Of a DNA stretch of 64,000 bases, positions 31,690-42,114 are shown piece by piece; within the stretch, counting starts at the first letter, position 1; each line of letters starts with the position of its first letter. This stretch comes from Alphaproteobacteria bacterium. Lineage in GTDB: Bacteria > Pseudomonadota > Alphaproteobacteria > JAAXGF01. Both the position numbers and the translations under genes were made by a program. The stretch covers positions 384,001 through 448,000 of the forward strand of contig CAUVXB020000002.1 of the NCBI GenBank assembly GCA_963555825.3, written 5' to 3'. The notes under the pieces are model-generated. The model was not told the origin of the DNA and ran no database searches. It worked only from the letters and a program-made list of their open reading frames with translations.

Positions 31690-32571
31690 TCACATCTCGG
31701 GGCGGGTTTGCTCGCCGGTCCAGTCGTCTTCGATGTAGAACGGCTCGGGGTGCTCGTGCAGGTCCTCGAAGCGGCAGATCTCGGGTGTCGCGCCGAGCGG
31801 CACGGTGCAGCCGCCGCGGAAGGCCCACTCACCGCGCGACGGCGAATCGGCGGCCCGGACATAGCTGTTGAGCATCAGGCAACGCCCCCGATCGGAGCGG
31901 TTCCGTGGCGAGCCGTGAACCGTGTAGAGCGTCCAAATCAAGAGATCGCCGGGCTCGAGTTCGCAACTCACCGCGTCGGCGGGGTCGAGTCCAGCGGCGA
32001 CCAACTCGTCCTCGCCGGTGCGGCCCTTCATGATCGTCTCGCCCTCGTCCGAGAGGCCGAGATAGCCCAGCTTGTGGCTGCCAGGGAAGACCTGGAGCGC
32101 GCCGTTGGCGGCGTCCTGGCGGTCGAAGGCGAGGCCGGTGGTGAGGTATTGGGTCGCCAGGTTCGAGAACAGCTCGGGCCGCTCGCGGAAGCGCAGGTCC
32201 TGGTGGAAGCGGTAGCTGGTGTATTTGGCGCCGGCCGGCTTCCAGTGGAGCTGGTTGGCGATCTGCTTGATGTCGCGCCCGAGCAGCGGCTCGAGCAGGG
32301 CGAAGTAGCGCGCGTCGCGGCGCAGCGCCTCGAGCACCGGGTTGATCCAGGCGAACCAATAGGCCTGGATGACGATGCGCCGCCGGGCCGCCGGGTCGTT
32401 CAGCACCTCGAAGCAGAGGTTGCCGTCGCGCCAGGTCGCGTGGTGCTTGAGGCCCTCGGCATAGACCGCGTCGACCGCCGCCCGCGCCCGAGCCAAATCG
32501 TCGCCGCGCAGGAACCCCCGGACGATGGCATAACCCTGTTCGCGCAACGCCGTGACATGTGGCGCCGCCAT
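31690..32571 (-). CDS. Phytanoyl-CoA dioxygenase (PhyH) family 2OG-Fe(II) oxygenase
   Basis: FHQD, NGALQVFPGSH, VHGSPRN..R. Confidence 0.9.
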   Translation of the reverse strand: MAAPHVTALREQGYAIVRGFLRGDDLARARAAVDAVYAEGLKHHATWRDGNLCFEVLNDPAARRRIVIQAYWFAWINPVLEALRRDARYFALLEPLLGRDIKQIANQLHWKPAGAKYTSYRFHQDLRFRERPELFSNLATQYLTTGLAFDRQDAANGALQVFPGSHKLGYLGLSDEGETIMKGRTGEDELVAAGLDPADAVSCELEPGDLLIWTLYTVHGSPRNRSDRGRCLMLNSYVRAADSPSRGEWAFRGGCTVPLGATPEICRFEDLHEHPEPFYIEDDWTGEQTRPEM

Positions 32572-32697
32572 ACCCGATCCTCCCGATTGCCCGGCCGCCG
32601 ACAGCTAACCCCGAAACACGCGCCGCGTACAGTCCCGCGACGCGCAACCCGGCATCCCGCCTGCGACGGCGGCAAACAATATTGGCCCGACCGCGCC

Positions 32698-32763
32698 GGC
32701 CAGGCCTTCGGCATCGGCCCGGCGATCGGCCGTATCATGGCCGACCTCCCGACCGACCAGTGA
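32698..32763 (+). pseudogene. C-terminal remnant of a DAO-type FAD oxidoreductase
   Basis: Reads GQAFGIGPAIGRIMADL, resembling the GHGFGIGPAxGxxxADL terminal motif; no body upstream. Confidence 0.45.
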
Positions 32764-32904
32764 GTGGGTCGGGCCAGTGAGTGGGTCGGGACGGCAACAT
32801 CGGGTTGGCGTTTGCCCTCGTCTATGGCCTGGATCGTTCGAATTGCCTGGCAGGACTCCATCGGCATTCACCGATCCTAGCCCGCGATCGGTGTTGAAGC
32901 TGAA

Positions 32905-33054
32905 TCAGCGCCCTTCCCGGCCGTCGCCGCCGTCGTTGTTCCGCCGGCCCCGTGCCTCGATGACCTTGACGGCGGCCCAGACGACCGCGATGACGGCGAG
33001 TGCGAGGACGCCGATTTTCAAATAGGCGAGGGCCTGTCCGGCGGCGAAGCTCAT
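32905..33054 (-). CDS. Small single-TM protein (49 aa)
   Basis: MSFAAGQALAYLKIGVLALAVIAVVWAAVKVIEARGRR...; backbone-like codon usage; below the ORF-track cutoff. Confidence 0.5.
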   Translation of the reverse strand: MSFAAGQALAYLKIGVLALAVIAVVWAAVKVIEARGRRNNDGGDGREGR

Positions 33055-33124
33055 GGCGAAGGTCGACCGTAAGAAATGGGGAATTGCCTGCAGTGTTCAT
33101 GAAAAGAGGCTCGTCGAGAGAGCA

Positions 33125-35093
33125 CTAGTGTCCCGATTCCGAAGTTCGCATGATTTTCGCCTGCTGTTCAGCGATTTCGATTGTTCGGAGGCAGAAGCGC
33201 TGGATGGCGCCGAGGATGTCATCGGCGGATTTGGTCCATTTGAAGGGTTTGGGGTTCTGGTTTGTCGCAGGTCGATGTAGTCGAGGATGGTGCGCTCCAA
33301 CTCCTTGGTGGAGCGATGGACGCCGCGCCTGATCTGCTTGTCGGTCAGCAGCCCGAACCAGCGCTCGACCTGGTTCAGCCAGGAGGCGCTGGTGGGTGTG
33401 AAATGGGCCTGCCAGCGCGGCCGTTTGGCGAACCAGTCGCGGATCGCCTTGGTCTTGTGGGTCCCGTAGTTGTCCATGACGATGTGGGTCGAGATCAGCA
33501 GGGAGGATGAAACATTTGCCGATGATCCTCCCGTGGCGATGTCGAGGGCCGCGAAGAGAGAGGTCGATGCCGTGGGCTTGTAGTCGTGGCTGCGCCGCTC
33601 CGCCTGCCCGGGGCGCATCGGCAAGCGGGGATGGGAACGGTCCAGGGCCTGGATCTGGGGCGTCGACACAGGAACCAGGGCACGATCGCGGCGCCAAATA
33701 CAGACCGACGATCAGCGCGGAGTCCGAGAAGGGATCGCTCGAGCATGGTCTCCGGCGATGCGCTGCGGCCGAAGGCCCGCCAGATGCGCTCCAACTCCCT
33801 GGTCGCGTCCGGCGGCGTCCTTCCAGCGGCGGCGCTTCCGCGATGGCGATCGCCGATTTGACGCGGCGCGCGGGGCGTTCGTCGCGCGTCGAGGCCCTCC
33901 GCCGCATCGCCGCGCCTGATCTGTGTCCGCGCTCGCCTCGAGACGAACGGCCCGGACGATCGGTCAGCAGCCCCTGGGGCGCGCTGCGACGACGAGAGCG
34001 CCTCGGCAATTCCGCGCGCTCGTTCAGCCAGCCCGAGGCATGATCATCGATCGCGAGGACTGCCGGCGTGCGCGACAGTTCGATGTGCGATGGGCGATTG
34101 TTGCGAGCTGGGCACCGCGGCCGTTTGGCGACGCTCCAGTCCGCTGGAGCGATGGACGCCGCGCCTGATCTGCTTGTCGGTCAGCAACGAACCAGCGTCT
34201 TGGGGCGTGTGAACAGGGCCTCGGCCGTAGTCGCGGATCGCGTCTTGTGGGCAGGCCATGACGATGTGGATGTCGAGATCAGCAGGGACGTTCGCCTCGA
34301 CGAGGTCGAGGAATTTGCGGAACTCTCGGGCCCGATGGCGCGGGAAACATTTGCCGATGATCTCTCCCGTGGCGATGTCGAGGGCCGCGAAGAGAGAGGT
34401 CGTGCCGTGGCGCTTGTAGTCGTGGCTGCGCCGCTCCGCCTGCCCGGGGCGCATCGGCAAGAGGGGCTGGGAACGGTCCAGGGCCTGGATCTGGCTCTTT
34501 TCGTCGACACAGAGAACCAGGGCACGATCCGGCGGCGCCAAATACAGACCGACGATGTCGCGGACCTTCTCCACGAAGAAGGGATCGCTCGACAGCTTGA
34601 AGGTCTCCGAGCGATGCGGCTGCAAGCCGAAGGCCCGCCAGATGCGATGAATGGTCGAGGGCGCGTGGCCGCTCGCCCGCGCCATCGAGCGAAGGCTCCA
34701 ATGGGTCGCGTCCGGCGGCGTCTCTTCCAGCGTCAGCCGGACCGCTTCCGCGATGGCGTCATCGCCGATTTGACGCGGCGCGCCGGGGCGGGGTTCGTCG
34801 TACAGACCGTCGAGGCCCTCCGCCGCATAGCGGCGACGCCACTTGCCCACGGTGTCCGCGCTCGCCTCGAGACGAACGGCGATCTCCTTGTTCTCCAACC
34901 CTTCCGCCGCCGCCAAGACGATCCGAGCCCGCCGCGCAAGCCCCTGCGACGTCTTGCGACGACGAGACAGCGCCTCCAATTCGGCGCGCTCGTCATCGCT
35001 CAAAGAGATCGTCACCGCCACTCTCGCCATCAATCGCGCCTCCTAAAAACAAATAGAGACATAATCATATCAATTTATCGATCAGGACACTAG
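33125..35093 (-). mobile_element. Two partial/degenerate tandem copies of the IS630 element at 35090
   Basis: 33125-33490 and about 34255-35093 are near-identical to the intact copy; the middle is scrambled. Confidence 0.8.
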
Positions 35094-36274
35094 TGTCCCG
35101 ATTCCGAAGTTCGCATGATTTTCGCCTGCTGTTCAGCGATTTCGATTGTTCGGAGGCAGAAGCGCTGGATGGCGCCGAGGATGTCATCGGCGGATTTGGT
35201 CCATTTGAAGGGTTTGGGGTTCTGGTTTGTCGTGTCGATGTAGTCGAGGATGGTGCGCTCCAACTCCTTGGTGGAGCGATGGACGCCGCGCCTGATCTGC
35301 TTGTCGGTCAGCAGCCCGAACCAGCGCTCGACCTGGTTCAGCCAGGAGGCGCTGGTGGGTGTGAAATGGGCCTGCCAGCGCGGCCGTTTGGCGAACCAGT
35401 CGCGGATCGCCTTGGTCTTGTGGGTCCCGTAGTTGTCCATGACGATGTGGATGTCGAGATCAGCAGGGACGTTCGCCTCGACGAGGTCGAGGAATTTGCG
35501 GAACTCTCGGGCCCGATGGCGCGGGAAACATTTGCCGATGATCTCTCCCGTGGCGATGTCGAGGGCCGCGAAGAGAGAGGTCGTGCCGTGGCGCTTGTAG
35601 TCGTGGCTGCGCCGCTCCGCCTGCCCGGGGCGCATCGGCAAGAGGGGCTGGGAACGGTCCAGGGCCTGGATCTGGCTCTTTTCGTCGACACAGAGAACCA
35701 GGGCACGATCCGGCGGCGCCAAATACAGACCGACGATGTCGCGGACCTTCTCCACGAAGAAGGGATCGCTCGACAGCTTGAAGGTCTCCGAGCGATGCGG
35801 CTGCAAGCCGAAGGCCCGCCAGATGCGATGAATGGTCGAGGGCGCGTGGCCGCTCGCCCGCGCCATCGAGCGAAGGCTCCAATGGGTCGCGTCCGGCGGC
35901 GTCTCTTCCAGCGTCAGCCGGACCGCTTCCGCGATGGCGTCATCGCCGATTTGACGCGGCGCGCCGGGGCGGGGTTCGTCGTACAGACCGTCGAGGCCCT
36001 CCGCCGCATAGCGGCGACGCCACTTGCCCACGGTGTCCGCGCTCGCCTCGAGACGAACGGCGATCTCCTTGTTCTCCAACCCTTCCGCCGCCGCCAAGAC
36101 GATCCGAGCCCGCCGCGCAAGCCCCTGCGACGTCTTGCGACGACGAGACAGCGCCTCCAATTCGGCGCGCTCGTCATCGCTCAAAGAGATCGTCACCGCC
36201 ACTCTCGCCATCAATCGCGCCTCCTAAAAACAAATAGAGACATAATCATATCAATTTATCGATCAGGACACTAG
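35090..36274 (-). mobile_element. IS630 family element, single ORF (transposase 35090-36211), in a CTAG target
   Basis: [26 protein letters not shown]; ends TAGTGTCCCGAT / TAGTGTCCTGAT; the stop codon is formed by the terminal CTAG. Confidence 0.95.
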
Positions 36275-36427
36275 AGCACAATCCGATCGATTGGAATCGG
36301 TCGGATTGTGCCAGCCCGCGACTGCGGGCCGCCGACCGTTCGGCCACCCTTGATCCCATAAGATTGGCAAGCGCGGCGATTGAGCGCAGGTCAACTTTGC
36401 GAAGCAAAAGTGACCGGACAATGCTCT
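36272..36427 (+). repeat. Modular intergenic repeat, copy C, with terminal IRs AGAGCAnnnTCCG
   Basis: Several internal hairpins; IS630 sits in the CTAG at its left end. Confidence 0.88.
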
Positions 36428-36550
36428 TCCATTGTCGGGCCGGGACCGACGAAATCCGTCTGCGATCGAGGTCGCGTCGCGAAATGCGTTCCGAAAGTGT
36501 CGGCGCGTTTCGTCCTGACGGGTGGCGCGCTTTGGCGTACAATCACGGCC

Positions 36551-36697
36551 ATGACCGACCTGTTGGGCTTGTATCTTATGATTCTGGCCTTGTGGCTGGC
36601 ATCCGAGCTTGCCGCCAGGGATCTGTCGGGTCCCGCGCCCAAGGACCCCTACCGGCTGGACCGCTGGCGCAACGGCGAAGGCGACCCGGATCAGTAG
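36551..36697 (+). CDS. Small hypothetical protein with hydrophobic N-terminus (48 aa)
   Basis: MTDLLGLYLMILALWLASEL...; TACAAT -10-like box shortly upstream. Confidence 0.35.
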   Translation: MTDLLGLYLMILALWLASELAARDLSGPAPKDPYRLDRWRNGEGDPDQ

Positions 36698-36715
36698 CCC
36701 GCGTCGGCAAGTGCC

Positions 36716-36860
36716 CTAATCCGGCAACGGCACCCCAGCCTTCTTCAGCATCGCGGCCTGACGGCGCTTGAGGCGGGCGGCGTCGAAGTCCTGGATGAGC
36801 TCCTCGAACAGGGCGTGCCAGTTGATCTCGGCGGCGAGGTGGAGGAACACCGAGCCGAGG
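36716..36860 (-). pseudogene. Displaced 3' end (145 bp) of the ABC1 kinase gene
   Basis: Reads LGSVFLHLAAEINWHALFEELIQDFDAARLKRRQAAMLKKAGVPLPD*. Confidence 0.88.
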
Positions 36861-36869
36861 GCGCCGCCG

Positions 36870-37760
36870 TTAGTCCGTGTTAGGCGGCAAGCAGCACACC
36901 TGGTCGTAGGGGTAGTGATCGGCGAGCGTGCCGAGGTGCTCGAAGACGTCGAGCGCGACCTCGAAGGCGGCGGGCGTGATCTCGGCGTGCGGCGTCCAGC
37001 AGCCGAGCGCCTGGTAGGTCGCGATGCAGTCGGCCAGAACGTCCTCGTCGATGTCGGGGAAATAAGGCTTCTGCGCCCGGGCGATCTCGGCCGCCGGCGT
37101 CTCGTTCATGTAGAGCCGGGTCTTCCGGTAGGCGCGCGTGAAGGCCCGGGCCATGTCGGTCGCGAGCCATGCCGGCGTGGCGCACAGCGAGGAGAACGCG
37201 ACCGGCCCGATCTTCGGGCCGACCTGGGCGACGACGTGGCCGACGCCGTCCTTGGCGAGCTGCTGAGGGAACGGGCCCTGCTGCTGGACGTACTGGCCCT
37301 GGCCGTCGCGGAACGCCGCATCGATGTCGGCCGGGCCGCCCGGCGTGATCAGCTTGATCCGCTCGAAATCGATGCCCGCCTTGTGGCAGGCGTAGACGAA
37401 CATGGCGCGCGGCTGGCCGCCCTTGAAGCAGACCAGCCCGGCGCCCTCCAGCTTGTCCCAGGTGAAGTCGGGGTCGGCGTCGCGGCCGGTGAGGAAGAAG
37501 CCGTCCATCTCGTTGATCTGGGCGAAATGCCTGACCCGGGGCGTCTCGCCCCTGGCCAGCACCGCGAACCCCTGGCTCGGCGCCGACTGGGCGACATCGA
37601 CCGAGCCGTCGAGAAGCGCCTCGATGGCGGACGTCCCCGGCGGCGAGATCGACCAGTCGGGCTCGAGCCCCTCGTCGGCCAGAAACCCGCCCGACATCGC
37701 CGAGATCAGCGGCGAATAAAACGCCGAAAACAGCGTGAACTGGATGTTGATGGTAGCCAT
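36870..37760 (-). CDS. NMT1/THI5/SsuA-like substrate-binding protein, orphan
   Basis: SAFYSPL, GFLADEGLE, DGFFL.GR; no permease or ATPase adjacent; no clear signal peptide. Confidence 0.8.
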   Translation of the reverse strand: MATINIQFTLFSAFYSPLISAMSGGFLADEGLEPDWSISPPGTSAIEALLDGSVDVAQSAPSQGFAVLARGETPRVRHFAQINEMDGFFLTGRDADPDFTWDKLEGAGLVCFKGGQPRAMFVYACHKAGIDFERIKLITPGGPADIDAAFRDGQGQYVQQQGPFPQQLAKDGVGHVVAQVGPKIGPVAFSSLCATPAWLATDMARAFTRAYRKTRLYMNETPAAEIARAQKPYFPDIDEDVLADCIATYQALGCWTPHAEITPAAFEVALDVFEHLGTLADHYPYDQVCCLPPNTD

Positions 37761-37907
37761 TTCTCTCTCCCTTACCGGTCTGTTCGTTTGCGTTCGTTGT
37801 GCCTGGATCGTGCTCGCCCGCTACCGATCACGGGCCTTCGGCGACGGCATGACGGCCGGCGCCGTTCGTCGGACGACCCGTCGACCCTATGAACTCGAAC
37901 ACGCACC

Positions 37908-38160
37908 CTACTCCGCCAACGGCACCCCCGCCTTCTTCAGCATCGACGTCTGCCGCCGCTTCAACCGCGCCACATCGAAGTCCTGGATCAGGTCTTCGAA
38001 CAGGGCGTGCCAGTTGATCTCGGCGGCGAGGTGGAGGAAGACCGAGCCGAGGCCGATCGCGGCGCGGTCCATGTAGACGAACTCCTGGGGCGGCCGCACG
38101 CCGCCTAGCCGGTCCAGCTCGCGGTGCACCTTGGCGGCGACCTCGCGGCCGTAGACGCCC
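37908..38160 (-). pseudogene. Displaced 3' end (253 bp) of the ABC1 kinase gene
   Basis: Colinear with 42115-42367: GVYGREVAAKVHREL...KKAGVPLAE*. Confidence 0.9.
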
Positions 38161-38209
38161 TCGAATCTCGTCTGAATTCAGATCTCGGAGCAAACCGGCA
38201 AATAAAAAT

Positions 38210-38929
38210 CGGGCTGTCCTAGCTAAGGGCGTTTCTGTCTCAAAATAATCCATGTCTTCAATTGGTTAAGCAGTTCTCGGTGGTCACCTCCGTTGAACCG
38301 CCATTCGCACTCCTTGAGGAACAGGTGAAAGCTCTGTTTCGGGACGCCATTGAAGCGCCGTAAATGCCGCTTCGCCTGGTTCCAGAAGTTCTCGATCCCG
38401 TTGATATGGCTCCGCTCGTCGACGAACCGCTCCGAGTGATTGATCCGAACATGGTGGAAGTCCGAAACGTCCAGGGCATCATAGCTCGAAAAGCCGTCCG
38501 TATAGACGATGCTGTCAGGCCGGATCATACGCTCCATAATCGGCATCAACGTGGCAGTCCGGGCATTGGGAATCATCGCCGTGTAGACCTTCCCACCTCG
38601 CTTCAAAAGCCCGAAAACCGGGACTTTTCCGCCAGCGCCTCGACCCCGCTTGCCTTTGCGGCGGCCGCCAAAATAACTCTCATCAACCTCGATCTCTCCG
38701 GCAAAAGGCGAGGCCTTCTCCATTTCCTCGGCAATCACCTTGCGAAGCCGAGTATAAAACGAGGCCGCCGTGTTCCGGTGGACGCCAACCAGTTCGGCTG
38801 CTGCCCGAGCCGTCGTACCCGCAACGAAGTGCTCAATCAGACGACCGCGCTTCCAATCACTGAGCCGGCTTTTCCTCTCGTACATCCCGCCATCCTAGCC
38901 TAAGCATGCCGCTTAGCTAGGACAGCCCC
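38210..38929 (-). mobile_element. IS1595 family (IS1016-like) element, 720 bp; transposase 38223-38885
   Basis: TIR GGGCTGTCCTAGCTAAG; EVDESYFGG, YTDG, HINGIENFW, LKECEWRFN. Confidence 0.95.
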
Positions 38930-40174
38930 ATCTTTTATTCTTGGCAGAGCGATGTTCCCAATGCCGTCAACCGTAACTTCATTCGGCGGGCCCTTGAGCA
39001 GGCGGTAGAGAGCCTCAACCGCCAGGAGGGTGCCGATGTCGAGGACGCGGTCCGGCTCGATCAGGACACTCAAGGTGTCGCCGGCTCGCCCGCCATCGTC
39101 GACACCATCCTGGCCAAGATCGAGGTCTGCGACGTCTTCCTCCCGGACGTCACCTTCGTGCCCGATAACGCGGCGCGGCGCACGCCCAACCCGAATGTGA
39201 TGATCGAGTACGGCTACGCGCTGAAGGCACCCAGTGCGGCGAAGATCGTCACGGTAATGAACACCCATTTCGGACCACCCACCGAGCTACCCTTCGACAT
39301 GCGCCACCGCCGGTTTCCGATCACCTACGATTTGGCGCCCGACGCGGATCCCGAGACGCGGCGCCGCGTCCGGGACCGGCTGGTCACCGATCTCGCCCGG
39401 GCCATCGCCACGGTCCTCGACGCGCGTCCGGCACCTGTCACGGAGCCGCCGCCGCCCTTCGACCGTAGCCCCACCTTCGACAGCGGCGCGACCTTCGTCG
39501 AGGCGAACGAGCTATTCCCCATGTGGGTCGACGGCGAGGGGGAGGCTCAGCGACGCTTTCCCGTCGGTCCGAAGATGTTCCTGCGTCTGATGCCGCGCGA
39601 CGCCGTACCGCCAATCGAGCGCGCCGCCCTCCTCGAGGTACTCGCAGCCACCGAGCTCTGGCCCCTCGGCTATCAGCGCTACCAGGGATGGGGCATGGGC
39701 ACCAACCGTCTTGGCGGCGGCTATGTTGCCTGCCACCGCGCCGACGACACTCTTATCGGGGCCATCTCTCAGATCATGCTCACGCGGGAAATTTGGGGAA
39801 TCGAGACGCATCTCCTCACCCATGCCGCTTCCCGGCACTGGGTCGACCGGGACTATCCTGTAATTCCAGACACGCTCCTCCGTCAGATTTTCGAGGACGG
39901 ACTCACGCGCTATCTCCGCGTCGCTCGCGAGCATCTCGTACTGTCCCCGCCCTTCGTCGCCGTCGCCGGCGTCGCGAACCTGGAGAACCACAGGCTGACC
40001 CTGTCGCAGACACAGATCAGCAATCAGATCTATGAATCCGCGATTTCGCGCGAAATCCTCATTGATGACCCGGACCGTCCGACCGCCGACTTTCTGTATC
40101 CCTTTTTTGCGGCACTCTACGATGCGGTCGGAGCGCGCTTGCCGCCACCCGAATCATCGGAAACCCACTCATAG
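38930..40174 (+). pseudogene. TIR/nucleoside-deoxyribosyltransferase-like domain protein, cut off from its start by IS1595
   Basis: Frame from 38930 reads IFYSWQSD...GSPAIVDTILAKIEVCDVFLPDVT...NPNVMIEYGYA...LPFDMRHRR; its RBS and ATG lie beyond the other IS copy (41835-41860, minus strand). Confidence 0.78.
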
Positions 40175-40253
40175 AACTGTGAGGCCTCGGGCCGGGCGCC
40201 AGCCCGACCTAAGGGCGGGCTAAGAGCGGTGAATCAATCTGCGGAGAGTAATA

Positions 40254-41144
40254 ATGCCAAAACGACATTGCGTTCTTCCTGAGGGTGAAGATGGACCTCG
40301 ATGCAGAATTGGAATTTTGCAGGTCTTTTATCCCTGGAATGAGCCCGAGCTTCTCATCTTGCAAGGCTACAATGTACGCCATCCAGAACAACGACCGCAA
40401 TTTATTGGATTCCACTTCCGACAGGTTTTATTCCGGCTTGTACGTTCGCTGGGGCTTTTGCATCATCAAGCTCGACGCTACGACGGGTTTCTCGACGAAG
40501 GCGGTATCGCTGGCCCAAATCCAATTCTCGCCTTCGAGATTCCCGAAGTGGCGGGCATTGCCGCCGACAGTGTATTCCACTACCTCACCCTTTTCATCGA
40601 CGACCTTGCCCGAATTGTTCCGTATGTCCTCACTAACGAGGGTAATGAACCCATTGAGATCGATGGATTCAGTGGGCTCAAGAAGAGTATCTTGGATGAA
40701 CAGCTGCCTGCTCCGGATACTGTGGGGGATTTGTTTGCGGCGTTGGACCACGACAAATCGTGGTGGTCGCTCGGATTCAAGCGAGGTGAAGGAATACGCC
40801 AAAGGCTCACGCATTATATCGATCTCGTATATTTTCGAGCTAGCACCAAACCAGGTGACGCTAAAATGACTAGTGACATTTCGCTTGTCACATGTGGTGG
40901 ACCTGTCCGCGAAATTGACTTTGAAAGCGTTCTGCAAGAGCTGTTTTTGGACATGTTTGAATGGCTGGACCAAATCGATGTGGCGCTTCTGTCTTGCCTT
41001 TCAGAGAGGCTGAAAGACAAGAACATTTTTTGGAATCCCCTCGATGAACCTATTCCCGCCATTCCGCTACCGGAGCCGGATGCGGCTCGACCTGACGTGC
41101 GTCACTATTTTTATGGGGCTGTCCTAGCTAAGCGGCATGCTTAG
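40254..41144 (+). CDS. Hypothetical protein with HEPN-like Rx4H motif; native C-terminus replaced by IS sequence
   Basis: GIRQRLTHY motif in a helical context; the original end HYFYLPVCSEI* can be rebuilt from 38178-38209. Confidence 0.55.
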   Translation: MPKRHCVLPEGEDGPRCRIGILQVFYPWNEPELLILQGYNVRHPEQRPQFIGFHFRQVLFRLVRSLGLLHHQARRYDGFLDEGGIAGPNPILAFEIPEVAGIAADSVFHYLTLFIDDLARIVPYVLTNEGNEPIEIDGFSGLKKSILDEQLPAPDTVGDLFAALDHDKSWWSLGFKRGEGIRQRLTHYIDLVYFRASTKPGDAKMTSDISLVTCGGPVREIDFESVLQELFLDMFEWLDQIDVALLSCLSERLKDKNIFWNPLDEPIPAIPLPEPDAARPDVRHYFYGAVLAKRHA

Positions 41145-41834
41145 GCTAGGATGGCGGGATGTACGAGAGGAAAAGCCGGCTCAGTGATTGGAAGCGCGGT
41201 CGTCTGATTGAGCACTTCGTTGCGGGTACGACGGCTCGGGCAGCAGCCGAACTGGTTGGCGTCCACCGGAACACGGCGGCCTCGTTTTATACTCGGCTTC
41301 GCAAGGTGATTGCCGAGGAAATGGAGAAGGCCTCGCCTTTTGCCGGAGAGATCGAGGTTGATGAGAGTTATTTTGGCGGCCGCCGCAAAGGCAAGCGGGG
41401 TCGAGGCGCTGGCGGAAAAGTCCCGGTTTTCGGGCTTTTGAAGCGAGGTGGGAAGGTCTACACGGCGATGATTCCCAATGCCCGGACTGCCACGTTGATG
41501 CCGATTATGGAGCGTATGATCCGGCCTGACAGCATCGTCTATACGGACGGCTTTTCGAGCTATGATGCCCTGGACGTTTCGGACTTCCACCATGTTCGGA
41601 TCAATCACTCGGAGCGGTTCGTCGACGAGCGGAGCCATATCAACGGGATCGAGAACTTCTGGAACCAGGCGAAGCGGCATTTACGGCGCTTCAATGGCGT
41701 CCCGAAACAGAGCTTTCACCTGTTCCTCAAGGAGTGCGAATGGCGGTTCAACGGAGGTGACCACCGAGAACTGCTTAACCAATTGAAGACATGGATTATT
41801 TTGAGACAGAAACGCCCTTAGCTAGGACAGCCCG
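41115..41834 (+). mobile_element. IS1595 family element, second copy, inverted; transposase 41159-41821
   Basis: Same 720-bp length, TIRs and 220-aa transposase as the 38210 copy. Confidence 0.95.
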
Positions 41835-42114
41835 TAAAAGATAATCATCACATTACCCCCTGATGTGCCCTCCATTCGCGAAGATGACTTACTGTTTACA
41901 CCGACGGCCACGTTGAGTGAAAGTTACTGCCGAGGGTCGCACCGCGGTGGACCTAGAGCACTTTTCGATCAGTACGCCGAATATTTTGGCATACCCGATG
42001 GCGCCGCAATCAGTCCACCGATGGAATCGGATTAGGTACTTCGTTTGATGGGCCACAGCGGCTTGGCTCACGTCGAACTTTGACGAGATTGCCCTGGCTT
42101 CTGGCCACACCCCC

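Noticed and set aside
36272-36427. Intergenic repeat as a tRNA or known riboswitch
   Set aside because: No cloverleaf, T-loop or CCA; the copies sit mostly at gene 3' ends and vary in modules.
38210-41834. Composite transposon or functional invertible ON/OFF switch
   Set aside because: The TSD pattern shows independent insertions followed by inversion. An in-frame TAG in the IS end blocks gene 1 in either orientation.
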